Source of the DNA: Macrostomum hystrix
Lineage: Eukaryota; Animalia; Platyhelminthes
Length of the DNA stretch: 64,000 bases
Direction: 5' to 3'
NCBI GenBank assembly: GCA_950097015.1
Contig: CATNEN010000001.1
Span: forward strand, 26,908,001-26,972,000
Made by a program: the position numbers and the translations under genes. Positions 1 to 21,508 of this stretch are shown here, in pieces. Every line of letters starts with the position of its first letter. Positions within the stretch are counted from its first letter, which is position 1. The notes under the pieces are model-generated. The model was not told the origin of the DNA, did not search any database, and saw nothing but the letters and a program-made list of their open reading frames with translations.

Positions 1-646
1 ACCCGAGCCAGCTTCCTGCTGCTCCATCATCGGTTGCTCCTTCAGCTACTGCTTCTGCCGCCTTCGCTGCCGCAGCTGCAGCCGCTGCGGAGCCTCAGTC
101 GAGTACTGCGCTGGGCTGAGCTATCTATCAAAGGCTTATTTTAATTGAAGAAATGACTGCCACCTAAAATGCTGAGGCTGCTGATCCGCAGGTCCGCGTA
201 GAAGACGATTGCGATGATGACGAGTCCGCGGTGCGTCCTGAAGCAGCCGAGCCGCGGAAGAGAGCGGCGAGCGTTGACGCCTGCGGCTCCGACAGTCGGC
301 TGGCCAAGACGCCGCGCCTGCAGATGGGCCGCGCCCAGCAGGCCGAAGCCGCCGTCCGCTCTCGGATCCGCAGCTACGCCAGGTGCGGCCTGTACTTCAC
401 CTCGGCCTGGATGCTGCGCACCCACCGCCAGTTCCACGGCCTGTTCGACAGCGGCGCAGATGCGAAGACGGCGGCGACGACCGCTGCGCGACAGTCGGGC
501 GGAGCTTGTGCTGGCGGCTCCCTCGCTCAGTGACTGGGGCAGCATCTCCTACGTGCCAGTCAGCCCAGCGCAGTACTCGACTGAGGCAGCAGCAGCAGCA
601 GTTGGAGGAGCAACCGATGATGGAGCAGCAGGAAGCTGGCTCGGAT
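1..646. repeat. Inverted duplication: 1-118 is the reverse complement of about 561-646
   Basis: CCGAGCCAGCTTCCTGCTGCTCCATCATCGGTTGCTCC...CCTCAGTCGAGTACTGCGCTGGGCTG occurs in both orientations, differing mainly in a CAG/CTG-rich tract. Confidence 0.85.
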
Positions 647-1100
647 GTTAGCGGGTGAGTATCTGTGCAAATACAATCTCTCTAATCAGTGGCTTCTGTT
701 TCTCGCACCGCCTCTGATCTCTGAAACGCGCGATTCTCTTAAGCCCAGCAGCGGCTGCTCGCCAGATCTGCCATCTGAGACCGCGGCGCTGGAACTGACC
801 CTGCCCAGAGCGCCGTCTCCGCCGAGGAGCACCGTCACTGCGGGACCATTGTTCAGAGCGGCCCCCAGCCTGCAGCAGAAGCAGCAGCAGCCCAGGCAGC
901 GCAGCCGGCCGCCAGTCGACGGCCTCGACCAGCAGAGCCGCCCGGGCCCAGAGCAGTCGCCGAGTCCGAGTAAATCTCAGCCTTCTGCCGGCCCCGTGTC
1001 CAGCCTGATGAGTGTGTACAAGGACTGCAAGATCGGCTTCTTTAACTACAAAAACTACCTTGTGCACCGTTCTCTGTACTGCCAGAGCAGCCGCTTGAGT
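231..1100 (+). pseudogene. Decayed zinc-finger gene remnant (one C2H2-like and one FOG/U-shaped-type CCHC finger)
   Basis: RSYARCGLYFTSAWMLRTHRQFHG and VYKDCKIGFFNYKNYLVHRSLYC fit C-x2-C-x12-H-x3-H and C-x2-C-x12-H-x4-C, but the first Cys is TAC (Tyr) in both. Frames are discontinuous and a LINE end abuts the 3' side. Confidence 0.5.
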
Positions 1101-1972
1101 CGGCCGAGCCAGTGCTAGCAACGCGGCCGGGTTCGAGCCGAGGGCCGAAAGCGAGGGACACGGCGTGCCTAAAAGACGCGACCGCAGGTCTTAGAGGGCC
1201 GGGCAGTCGCACCACCAGTGCTCGACAGTAAGCGTGGCAAGCCCGCACTTGAAACAGGTGGGGTCGATGGCCATATCGATGAGAGCGGCGAAGGCTGAGA
1301 AAGCGCGGTGATGGCCAGATCGCACCTGGACAAGCAGGCGCTGATCGGCGCGATTGGAGATGACGCTCCAGTCGAGGGCTCGAACCCGATCGGCGTACAC
1401 GGCGCGGATGCGCTCGTTAGCGGGATGTGGGCCGGTGATGAGCCGCCTGCAGGTCGCCACTGCGGCGCAGAACGAAATGGGCTGCGGCTCCTCTGGCATG
1501 CGGCTGCCTTGCTGCGATCAGGCTCTGACTGTCCGAGCAGACCAGGAGCGGTGGCAGTGGAAGGAAAGTGCAGCTGGCGAGTTGAGCTCCCCACCAGAGG
1601 GCGCCAAGGAGAGCGTCCGTCTCCTCGTCGAAGGACTTGAAGGCGGAGCCTCGGCGCGCCATCTGATGCAGATCCTGCTGGCTGACGGGAGTGAACGGCG
1701 GTTCAGCCTTCAGGGCACGACCAAGGCGCTTCCTGGCGTAACGATTCACCGCGCGTTCGGCAGCATTAAAGGTCAGGTGGTTGACGGAGCTTTAGTGCCT
1801 CATGAAAACGTCGGCCTTAGCTCCGTTGGAGACGACCAACCGGTCGTTAACGGCTAGGGCGGCGTTAGGGGCCTTGCTGCCGGGATTGCCGCTTAGCGAG
1901 CGGATGACGCGCCAGGTCCTCTGAATGTCCGGGGAGCACTCCAGGTCGGCCAGAAAATCCGCCCTTCCGCCA
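1095..1972 (-). mobile_element. Internally deleted non-LTR retrotransposon with RNase H (I/Ingi/Loa-like) ORF2 remnant
   Basis: Minus strand reads an EN-RT linker (WRVIRSLSG...KADVFMRH), RNase H pieces (SFDEETDAL, VCSDSQSLIAA) and a C-terminal knuckle LVQVRSGHH...CFKC-x7-HWWCDCPAL. RT core is missing and there are in-frame stops. Confidence 0.75.
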
Positions 1973-2020
1973 TTTCAATACATCAATAGGCTGCAGATGG
2001 GATTCGAATACAATCTACAG

Positions 2021-2328
2021 CTGAGCTGGGGGGAGATCAGGGCAGAGGATTGGCTGAGCTGGGGTAGATCAGGGCAGAGGATTGGCTGAGCTGGGGTAGA
2101 TCAGGGCAGAGGAGAGGCTGAGCTGGGGTAGATCAGGGCAGAGGAGAGGCCGCGCTGGGGTAGATCAGGGCAGAGGAGAGGCCGCGCTGGGGTAGATCAG
2201 GGCAGAGGAGAGGCTGAGCTGGGGTAGATCAGGGCAGAGGAGAGGCTGAGCTGGGGTAGATCAGGGCAGAGGAGAGGCTGAGCTGGGGTAGATCAGGGCA
2301 GAGGAGAGGTTGAGCTGGGGTAGATCAG
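2021..2328. repeat. 32-bp minisatellite (GCTGAGCTGGGGTAGATCAGGGCAGAGGAGAG)n
   Basis: About 10 direct copies visible. Confidence 0.9.
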
Positions 2329-2449
2329 GCGTGGCCAGTGTGAAACAGTGCCGACAATAGAAAGCATTGTGATAAGCAATGCCACTGAATGCCTGTAGTC
2401 ATGCGTGATTGTTGAAATTCTCAGCGCCAAATCAGCTTCCACTACGCCA

Positions 2450-2766
2450 TTCTCAGCCATTTTCCCAGATCCCCAGACTGATCAGCCAGTCTCCCAGATC
2501 CCCAGACTGCTCAGCCAGACTCCCAGGTCCCCAGACTGATCAGCCAGACTCCCAGATCCCCAGACTGCTCAGCCAGACTCCCAGGTCCCCAGACTGCTCA
2601 GCCAGACTCCCAGGTCCCCAGACTGATCAGCCAGACTCCCAGATCCCCAGACTGCTCAGCCAGACTCCCAGGTCCCCAGACTGCTCAGCCAGACTCCCAG
2701 GTCCCCAGACTGATCAGCCCATCTCCCAGATCCCCAGATTGATCAGCCAGTCTCCCAGGTCCCAGT
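2450..2766. repeat. 30-bp minisatellite (CCCAGACTGATCAGCCAGACTCCCAGATCC)n
   Basis: About 10 direct copies; accounts for ORF 2409-2894. Confidence 0.9.
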
Positions 2767-3179
2767 TCTCAAGCACATCAGCAGATTATGCAACAAAGCC
2801 ACACAAAATGAGTTTCAGCCGAGTGACAGCACGGCTTGCTGTTGGTTTACATCGCAGAGCGAACCATTGCGAATTCGGCTATTTATTTAAATAAATAAAT
2901 CCAGAGAGCACTCGAGGCACTGATTTATTGAAATGCCGGAATTGAGAACTCTTGCTCAGCTTTTACAGTATTAAAAAAGCTTAGATTTCGCAAAGCAAGA
3001 AAAACATACAGCAACACTCTGGACAATGACGGATGGCATTCAAACTACTGTACGCATTCGAATATATAGCGGATCTACTTCGCTATGAGTAGTAAAGAGA
3101 GGACATGATTTAGGAATGATAAATTTCAGTGGGAAGGACAGGGTGGGCACAGCAGCCAGCCGATATGTAGCGAAAGCCG

Positions 3180-6100
3180 TCAGTCAAACACGCAGGTGTC
3201 GCACAGAAAGCTGTCCAGAGCCGGATCTGCCAGCGACTCGGCCCCGGCTAGAAGCCGCGCGCACTCGGCGTGCAGCCGGGCTCCGCACTGCAGGCAGCGA
3301 ATGTGGAACAGCTGCCTGCGCCGGCGCTGGTGCCTCTCGCAGGTTGCGATCGGCTCAGAGCAGGCGGCGCAGAGAGGAAATGACCTGGAATTGTTTGCCA
3401 AGTGTTGATGCGATACAATGCCCTACTGGACTGCTGCTCACTCTCTCACTCACAACTCAAAAATGGCAGTGCTTCTCAACCCAGCGACTCGACTGCCACC
3501 TGAGAGAATAACTAACAGCTCTGAGACCAGGCACTCCGATAGTCACTCCCACAGTCCAGGCACTCCGATAGTCACTCCCACAGTCCAGGCACTCCGATAG
3601 TCACTCCCACAGTCCAGGCACTCCGATAGTCACTCCCACAGTCCAGGCACTCCAATAGTCACTCCCACAGTCCAGGCACTCCGATAGTCACTCCCACAGT
3701 CCAGGCACTCCGAGAGTCACACCCACAGTCCAGGCACTCCGAGAGTCCCCGCAGAGTCCAGGCACTCCGAGAGTCACTCCCACAGTCCAGGCACTGCGGT
3801 GACACCGTGAGCCTGCACCGATCCCAGCACTGCATCAGCCGCTCACCGCAGGTCCGGGCACTCCTCATCGTCGCTGGAATCGCCGTCGTGGAGCCCGTTC
3901 CCGACAGAGGCCTGATCCCAGAAGCCGCAGGCAGCGCCGTCCCAGTCGACGACCAGCTCCTCGCCGGGCGACGCGCCGAGGCCAACGGCGAACAGGCCGG
4001 CCCGAAGGTCGCCGCCGCCCGACGTCAGCCAGCGCTCGAATCGAGCATTCGGCGGCTTCCCCGACGTCGCCGGCTGCTGCCCGGAGCCACCCAGAAACCT
4101 GGCGGCCGGGCCGCCGACGTCCAGCACTCGCCTGCTGTCCAGCTGCAGCATCAGCGGCTGCGGCAGTGACTCAGCCAGCTGACGATGTCGACGGCGGTGA
4201 CTCTTCAACAGGCGGTAAAGACGCCGCGCCTCGGCCGGGTCGAGGGAGTCGCCAGGGAGGTCGCTGAGCAGCAGCCGGCCAGCTCTGAAGCCACCTGCGA
4301 AACTCTTGGACGATAGCCCAGCCGTCCAGCCGCCGCCACGAGGCCGCTTGAAGACGGCGAGTTCAGGACGTGGATTGGCCGGCCTGAGGATGGGAGAGTC
4401 TCCGGGACTAGCTGGACCAGCCTGCGAAACCCGAGAAACCTCAGGCCATGGGATCCGGCCTGAAACTATGGGAATCCCAGCCCTGAAACTATGGGAATCC
4501 CAGCCCTGAAACTATGGGAATCCCAGCCCTGAAACTGTGGGAATCCCAGCCCTGAAACTGTAGGAATTTTAGACTAAAAAACTGCAGAACCCACTTTGAG
4601 AGCTGTCACCCACCTAGACAGCCGTCACTCACCTGGACAGCTGTTACCCACCTGGACAGCCGTCACCCACCTGGACAGCCGTCACCCACCTGGACAGCCG
4701 TCACCCACCTGGACAGCCGTCACCCACCTGGACAGCCGTCACCCACCTGGACAGCCGTCACCCACCTGGACAGTCGCTGGTTGAGACAGCCGGGGCCGCA
4801 CACAGCGGGGTGGCACTCGATGCCGGCCAGGCGGTTCGCGCAGCCGTCCAACTCGCCGCAGTTCAGACCGCGTCGGTGACAGTCGCATCGGGCAAGCAGG
4901 CTTGTGGCTGATGCTTCTGGCTGGCGCTGTTGCTCTGAGGTTGCAGACGGTGGCTGCAGCTCCTGGTTATCGGCCGTTGCAGCGCCAGTCGGAGCAGAGG
5001 ACATTTCGCCTAGCAGCCTGCGAGCGTCTCGTCTGTCGCGATCTCTGAAGATGTCAGTGAGACTGAGCGCATAAGAAAATAAGGCTATGTGAGATTCACA
5101 GGAAGCGAATATGAGATTTTGAGAAATCAGCATGTGAATGAGATTCCCTCAGCTTGGGATCAGCTTCTGAATGTGATCCCATCAGCTTGGGATCAGCTTC
5201 TGAATGTGATCCCATCAGCTTGGGATCAGCTTCTGAATATGGCCCACCTGAGTCTCCAGGCCTCCTGCGCCATCGCCACGCCCTTGTTGAAGTTTTCAAG
5301 CAGCTCGAGTGTTTCTGTTCCTGCAGACCCAGCCGCAGCCGCAGCGGCCTCGCCAAGGTCGCCGTCTTTGAACGCAAACAGTCGGGCCAGAGACACCCAG
5401 TAGTACTCGTCTGTGCCGAAGAAGCGCACTGGAAAAGTGCCGGGCTGTCCGCCAAGCCGCTGAATGTTGTCTGGCGCGTGCTCAGCCAGCAGCAGCTCGC
5501 AGGGCCACCAGCGGAACGGGCCGACCTTCACCCAGACCAGATCGCCGTAGCGGGGTTGCCAGCCCAAGCGGCAGCTCGCGCAGGTGAATGCGGAGCAGCT
5601 CAACAAGGAATCAGTCTGCGAAGGTGGCACACAGTCCTGATGGTAGCTGGCTGGACAGCGCTGACAGACGACTAGGCCGGAGCCGCCCCTGAGGCAGGTG
5701 AAGCACCAGGCTGCGTTGACTGGCCGAGTGGCGGTGGCGGCGCAGTTCGAGCGCCGTTTGGACGCCTCGGGCAGAAGGTGATCCGGGCAGACGATGCTGG
5801 TGGCCGTCAGGTGGCGACTGCCAGCGGGCACGCAGCGCAGGCTGGAGTGATAGGCGGCCGGACAGCGGACGCAGGTCACCTGGATTCCAGAGCTCATGCA
5901 CTTTTATCTGGCGAGCCATCTGTTAGAGAGATGACAAATGCATTCGGCACCTACCTGAACTGCAACGGCTGCCTGGCCGATCGGACAGCCGTCAATCATG
6001 CAGCTCCTGCAGACGTGCCTCGGACAGGCGATCAAATCCGTAGCCGACTTGCCAGAACCTGGTGCAGCCTCCTCGCTGATGTCGCCTTGAATTCGTCTGA

Positions 6101-8177
6101 CAAGCGAGCGTCTGGCCAGACTGCCGAGTCCCAGACAGTCCGCGGCATCGAGCAGCGAGTCCAGGCACTGGCTGTGGTACACTCGCGAACAGGACTGGCA
6201 AACTTCTCGGTCACTGTTGAAATCGGCGTGCTGGTGGCAGAGGTCGCACAGTCCACCGGGCCGGTCAGCTCGGCAGCACTCGTCGCACAGCAGCTTAGGC
6301 TGACGGCGAAGCAGGCAGGCCGGGTGGTACAGTCTGGCGCAGACTCCCTGGCAGGCGAGCAGCGCCGCCTGCGGATGCGACTCGGCGGCGGCTTCGCAAC
6401 GGCCGCAGACGGGCGCGGGGCTTGGCGCTGACGAGGATCGAAGCGGCTCTAATGGCGGCGGCGGTGCCAGGCGCTGAAATTCAAAGCACTTGGAAGCGGC
6501 TTCTGGGGACTCGCTGTCTCCACTGCTGCTGCTGCTGCTGCGGGCATCAGGTCTGCGCTGCTGGGCACTCAGAGCAGTGGAGCTCGGGGACGCTGGCAGC
6601 TGAGGAGAGGCCTCAGCAACAGCAGCAGCTGAAATTCTTTGCTTGCTAATGAGAGTAGGCTGGTCAGGGCCCGACTCCTCGCTCCGATTGGTGCTGCATT
6701 CGCTGCCACCGTCCTTGCTGCTTTTAGAAGGCCGGCTCTTGGCAGCTGCAGCGGCTGGTGGAGCTGGCCTGCTGGCTCCAGTGTCTTCATAATAGACCCG
6801 ACCGTAGCGGAACATTCTCTCCAGGTGCGGCAGCAGGTAGGCCTCTTCGGCCTCGCGCCACGACGCGTCCCACACGGCCTGCACGCGGGGCCGGACCTCG
6901 AACTGGGCGCGGGCCGCCTTGGTGCGCCAGCCCTGGGGATGGTAAAGGGATATGCTGCTTGAGCACGGATTGGGAATGGGATCGGCTGCTTGAGCACAGA
7001 TTAGGAATGGGATATGCTGCTTGAGCACGGATTGGGAATGGGATCGGCTGCTTGAGCATGAATAAAATGGCAGTGAAATAGCATCCCTAACAACACACAC
7101 CTGTTCTGCCACATATTCGTCATAGGCAGCTTTGCCCCTGTAAGGCAGGAGGTGGGCATTGTCGGGCACCCAGGCTCGCTCAACCAGTGGGCCAAAGAAT
7201 TGCACGTGATAGGCGTATCGTGTCCCAGCCTTGGCATGCGGCCTGCAGATGCAGTTTGACTCCGGGCCGTAATAGACCATGCAAGGCCAGTAGGGGTGGC
7301 TGCCAACCTTCGCCCACAGCATGTCGCCAAGCCGGTAGCGCTGGCCGGGCAGGCTTGGTGGCTCAGGCAGCTTGAAGTCGGACAGCAGGTCAGGATGAGG
7401 CTGCGTGGCGATCAACCGCTCAGTGGAGCCGCCACTGCAGCTTGAGACTGGCTCGATTGATGAAGCCAGGACTGAAACTGCATCAGCTGGGCTGTGTACT
7501 TTTACTGGACTAATGGGGCAGTGGGTGAACACACTGCTTGACAAGGGTGCCGTGGGTGAGCACACTACTTGAGTATGGGACAGTGGGTGAGCACACTGCC
7601 TGACAATGGTGCCCTGGGTGAGCAAACTGCTTGACAATGGGTGAGCACACAGCCTGAGAATGGGGCAGTGGGTGAGCACACTGCTTGAGAATGGGACAGC
7701 GGGTGAGCACAGCTAGCTACTCTTATTTTGAGTCCAGAAAAACAGAAAAACAATAAAGGCAAACTACTCAAACTTGAGCTGATGAAGCTGGCTGACTCAA
7801 ATCGTTAATTTAGCGTGGCCGAGTTTGTTTATATGGTTTAGGTAATAAAAAGAAAACTTACATACAAGCCAAGAAAAGTACACTTCTTTAGAAAACGAAC
7901 TTCAAATAAAAAGGCCAAAAACCCAAACTTGCTGAATGAGGACACTCGGGCAGTTAAAAAGTATTAGCAAACCAGGGTAGCAACAGAAAAGGATGCAATT
8001 TGTAATTTTTTTTGTTTGTTTTTATGGTAACACAAAATGAGTTCAAATGCGAGACTAAATGTTAATCAAGTTGAGCACACTTTAGAGACAAACAAATATT
8101 AGCAAAATAATGACAGACAGTTCACAGAGAACTGTGCTTTAACCTGTCCCAGCCTCGCGACTCGAGCCCGTTACCAT
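3180..8177 (-). CDS. NSD: NSD-family protein (PWWP, PHD cluster, PWWP, AWS, degenerate SET, PHD), about 1028 aa; probable pseudo-methyltransferase
   Basis: Exons 8177-8144, 7504-7101, 6932-5955, 5879-5248, 5062-4766, 4383-3847, 3384-3180 (GT-AG, 3087 nt, frame-consistent). PWWP1 WAKVGSHPYWPC..YHVQFFG..ERAWV; PWWP2 WVKVGPFRWWPC..FFGTDEYYWV; AWS CDC..CG...CANR...ECHPAVC...CLNQ; SET-like GGGWT..LMLQLDSRRVLDV..ARF..PN..RAGLFAV..GEELVVDW. Exon 1 is the least certain. Confidence 0.85.
3529..3795. repeat. Intronic 29-bp minisatellite (GGCACTCCGATAGTCACTCCCACAGTCCA)n
   Basis: About 9 copies in the last NSD intron. Confidence 0.9.
4458..4775. repeat. Two intronic minisatellites: 23-bp (4458-4567) and 19-bp (about 4603-4775), the latter repeating the exon end and 5' splice site
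   Basis: CCCTGAAACTATGGGAATCCCAG about 5 copies; GTCACCCACCTGGACAGCC about 9 copies. Confidence 0.9.
7515..7712. repeat. Intronic ~32-bp degenerate minisatellite
   Basis: GGGCAGTGGGTGAGCACACTGCTTGAGAATG-like units, about 6 copies. Confidence 0.8.
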
Positions 8178-8188
8178 GGCAACGAACA

Positions 8189-8353
8189 CTATTATGAGAG
8201 ATACAAGAGCAGAAAAAGATGCGAACAGAGCAGCTTTGGCAATTTAGCCTAGGAGCAAGAGCTCACCAACATGCAGCATTTTCTATTTTGTATTGACGGA
8301 TTAGAAATTTGGATTTTATTATAACAAAAACAAATGTTATTTGATAATTTATT
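8189..8353 (-). promoter_or_regulatory. Mi-2 poly(A) signals (AATAAA at 8353-8348 and 8320-8315), then a pyrimidine tract and AG acceptor (8190-8189) 11 nt before the NSD ATG; candidate intercistronic trans-splice region
   Basis: Minus strand reads ...ATCTTTTTCTGCTCTTGTATCTCTCATAATAG|TGTTCGTTGCCATG. Confidence 0.5.
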
Positions 8354-8419
8354 AACAATGAGCCGATTTTAACTTAAACTAACAGGTTAAGTGAGTGACA
8401 AACTTGCTGGTCATTCCCG

Positions 8420-17999
<9,580 letters not shown>

Positions 18000-18000
18000 G

Positions 18001-18448
18001 CCTGATTAAGGCTGCAAGGGTATGAGTTCAACAATGCACTACATGCTGAACTTACTCATATAAGCCTGATTGAGGCTGCAAGGGTATGAGTTCAACAATG
18101 CACTACATGCTGAACTTACTCATATAAGCCTGATTGAGGCTGCAAGGGTATGAGTTCAACAATGCACTACATGCTGAACTTACTCATATAAGCCTGATTG
18201 AGGCTGCCAGGGTATGAGTTCAACAATGCGCTACATGCTGAACTTACTCATATAAGCCTGATTGAGGCTGCCAGGGTATGAGTTCAACAATGCGCTACAT
18301 GCTGAACTTACTCATATAAGCCTGATTGAGGCTGCCAGGGTATGAGTTCAACAATGCACTACATGCTGAACTTACTCATATAAGCCTGATTGAGGCTGCC
18401 AGGGTATGAGTTCAACAATGCGCTACATGCTGAACTTACTCATATAAG
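18001..18448 (-). repeat. 64-bp x7 tandem array at the Mi-2 start; each unit reads as a 54-nt GT-AG intron plus a 10-nt exon
   Basis: Coding-strand unit GCTTATATGA|GTAAGTTCAGCATGTAGTGCATTGTTGAACTCATACCCTTGCAGCCTCAATCAG. Confidence 0.9.
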
Positions 18449-19179
18449 TACAACTTATTGTGTTACTTTAAAAAACTAGTTTAAAGGAAAATGTAACCTC
18501 ACTGAGATAATCAACCCACTTCCTTCTACATAGACAATATTATAAATCTATATTTCAAGCCATGGAAAGAAACATTGTGTCTAAATATTTTGCCTAAGCA
18601 TTAAGCATACTTATTAATAAAGAAATCTCAGTAGAGGGACTTTTCTGAAAGCCTTTAAAATAGAAAGATTTAGGTAAAAAATACAGAGTCCTAAACTTTA
18701 TCACATGTGATATTACTTTGCCATTTTCATTTACATTATCACTGTATATGGGGCTGTACAAGTTAATACAGAAATAAAGAAAACATGCTTTATTGGACTT
18801 AGCTAGATACAAGCAGTTGGAAGTTACTTAGTAAAATTTCAAAACTAAAACTGAAAGAAATGCTTTTTTTCTGAAACTGAATCAAGAGTTTTTACATTAT
18901 GCATTATGTTTTGATTGTGCTGACTGCTAATATGTGGCAGTTTGTGCTAGGGTACATTAATGCACAATGAATATGTGCTATTGCTGACACGACTGTCAAC
19001 AAGTGTCTGAGAGAGCCAGGGAGTACATTAGGCATGCAGTCCCCTGCTAGTGTGCCTGACACAACACCTGTACAATACTATACAAATTATAGCACTTTTT
19101 AGCTTTCCCATAAGCCCACATTGGAATTTATTTTTCCAAACATCTGCAGCATATAAACCCCACTGAATTGCCAGAATTA

Positions 19180-21508
19180 GGGTAATGTATCATCAACCAA
19201 ACAAGAATGTGTATTTTTTTAACTTCAAACCTAAGCTACAGATTTTCTATTTAAGATATGATGATAAATCAAAAGCCAAGTTATAGAAAACAGTTACATC
19301 TTTCTAAAAAGTATCTGCTTTTGCTATTTTGACAAATAGAAAAAATGTTATTCCTGCTTTTTATCTAAAACTGAACAATGATTTTCATGTATCTTCAAAC
19401 CAAACAGCGAATTTGATGTTTGGTTTTACTATTTGAGTGAGTGGTTTAATCTTATTTTTAAGGAGTGAACTATCATGAATTATGTCATTTGAAAGCATTT
19501 TTCATGCTCTGGGTAATTCCATGAGAAGGTCATCAATAAGACATAAATTTTTTTGCTATATTTAAATTTTTTTTATATTTCTAACAGGTAAATAATTATA
19601 TATTGTTTTATGTTTAAGTAGTTTTAAACATATTTATCTACCTTTAGGTTTATATTTTTTGTTTTGATCATAGTACCCCTACAATCATTTCAATGTTCCA
19701 CGGGACATTATAAAAAGTGAATATAGTTTTCATTAAGGAACTAATTAGTCTTAAATTTAACTCAGAGAATATAAATATAAAAATAAATAATCTTTATTAT
19801 ATCTAAAAACTGAAATAAAAAAGTTTTATGACCTAATATATTTCTTTTTATCATAACTTTTGTTTTGAAAAGTTAATGCTTTGCTTTTTAAAAGATTAAA
19901 AAAGACAATCATTTTTTTTTATGAAAAGTTGTTATTACCAAGTTCAAAAGGCTTGTCAAGTGATTTTTTTGCTAAAATATTTTATTAGCCTATGTCCAAG
20001 TTAAATTTTCTTTTTTGTTAGCATGTGATAAGTTTAATATGCTTAAAAAAACCCTGCAAAGTTACCCAACGACCATCATTTCCTGGCATTCTTAAAACCT
20101 GTATATTTTCGGAAAACATTAATACTGTTCTCAAGTTGTGTATTTTTAATCAATTTTTCTTGTAAAAGGTTCTTGTGTCAATTTTAAATACAATATATGT
20201 TCTTTGAATTCAAGCCTTTAAGAGAAACTGTTATCTTTATTTCATCTTATTTTAAATGCATGCCTTAAATTAATTTTCGACATGTAAGTTCTATTAAAGT
20301 TGGTCCAAATTACTAGCCATGCACCTTGCACTTTTAAATTTACTTTATTTATTTACTTTTAAATTTTGCAGCCCCCTGTTCCTGCCGACTCGCGTGGCCA
20401 TTTTAAATTTTTTAATTGTTAAACTGCTTTAAGGACGTTTTTACTATCCATTGGTGCTTAGTCTGCTAATGGCCAATCAAACTATCTTTTTGTTAAGTCA
20501 TACTATCCCTTTGTTAATTGTTTCATGCACAATTCCTTCTATCAACTGATTAGCCACCTTTATGATTATCGAGTCAGGCAATCTTGAAGTTTAATGTTTT
20601 GTTGAAGGTACGAGTACATGATGGTTTGATCTGAAATGGGAGATTTGTGTAATAAATTTTATGGTTAGAAAAGCATTTAAATATTTGTATTAGAGCTAAT
20701 ATTAGTTATAAACAATCTTAAAACCACGATATTATCCAAAATAGAGAGATTCCTTAATGCTGTTTTAAAAAATGATGGTCGTTTTTTGAAACAAACAACC
20801 GTCAGTCCAACGACCGTCATCTAAGAAAATGCATGCAACACACTTAAAACTGGCTACTAACATGTGAAATTTGTTTATAACTGTTTATCTAGCTATTGTT
20901 TACTACAAAAAATGATTGTTTGAGACAAAAAATTTGCCTGATTCGCAGGAATCTTGAACTTCCATTGAAAATTTGAATCTGTCAACTTTCACTAAAAACG
21001 ACCATCATTGAAAGTTTCTGACTGCTAGATTAACACAGTAAATAAAATTACTTTAAAATGTATATTATCTTAATCTAGAGGTCACACCCATCAATATAGA
21101 ACATAAAAAGTCTCGAGTTAGTTTGTCTTTGGTACAAATAATTATTATTATGTACACCAACACAACGACCGTCATCTCATGGAATTAGCCCTCTATAAAT
21201 AACTACATTTATGGTCATTTAATTGGCAAGCAACCACATACAATCTTTGTCTAAAGTACATACTGAAAAAATGTTGTTAAAAAGTATGCTTTTGCAATAA
21301 AAATTTCTACTGAAACATCAATATCCTTTTTTTCCTCTTAATGCTTTATTGCACATTATGCCTCAGCTTGTAGATAATTTCTTCAACTTTCAAATTAGTT
21401 GTTCTGTGAAACACAATAGCTTGTTTCTGTCTTGCACGAGACCAAGGAAGGAGTCAAAATTCTTGTTCGGTTTTGAAGATACACTGTTCGGTTGATGATA
21501 CATTACCC
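19180..21508. mobile_element. Non-autonomous TIR element (copy 1, interrupted by a nested element)
   Basis: TIRs GGGTAATGTATCATCAACC / GGTTGATGATACATTACCC flanked by TA; near-identical uninterrupted copy at 26421-27058. Confidence 0.88.
19511..21191. mobile_element. Nested 1.68-kb non-autonomous TIR element with 3-bp TSD (TCT), Harbinger-like
   Basis: TIRs GGGTAATTCCATGAGA / TCTCATGGAATTAGCCC; the empty site TGCTCTATAAAT is seen in the 26421-27058 copy; internal AACGACC(A/G)TCAT motif repeated in both orientations. Superfamily assignment is inference. Confidence 0.85.

Noticed and set aside
5904-7679. The 591-aa ORF as a single exon
   Set aside because: It includes intronic minisatellite sequence (7505-7679 and 6933-7100) bounded by splice sites; the spliced model fits the domains better.
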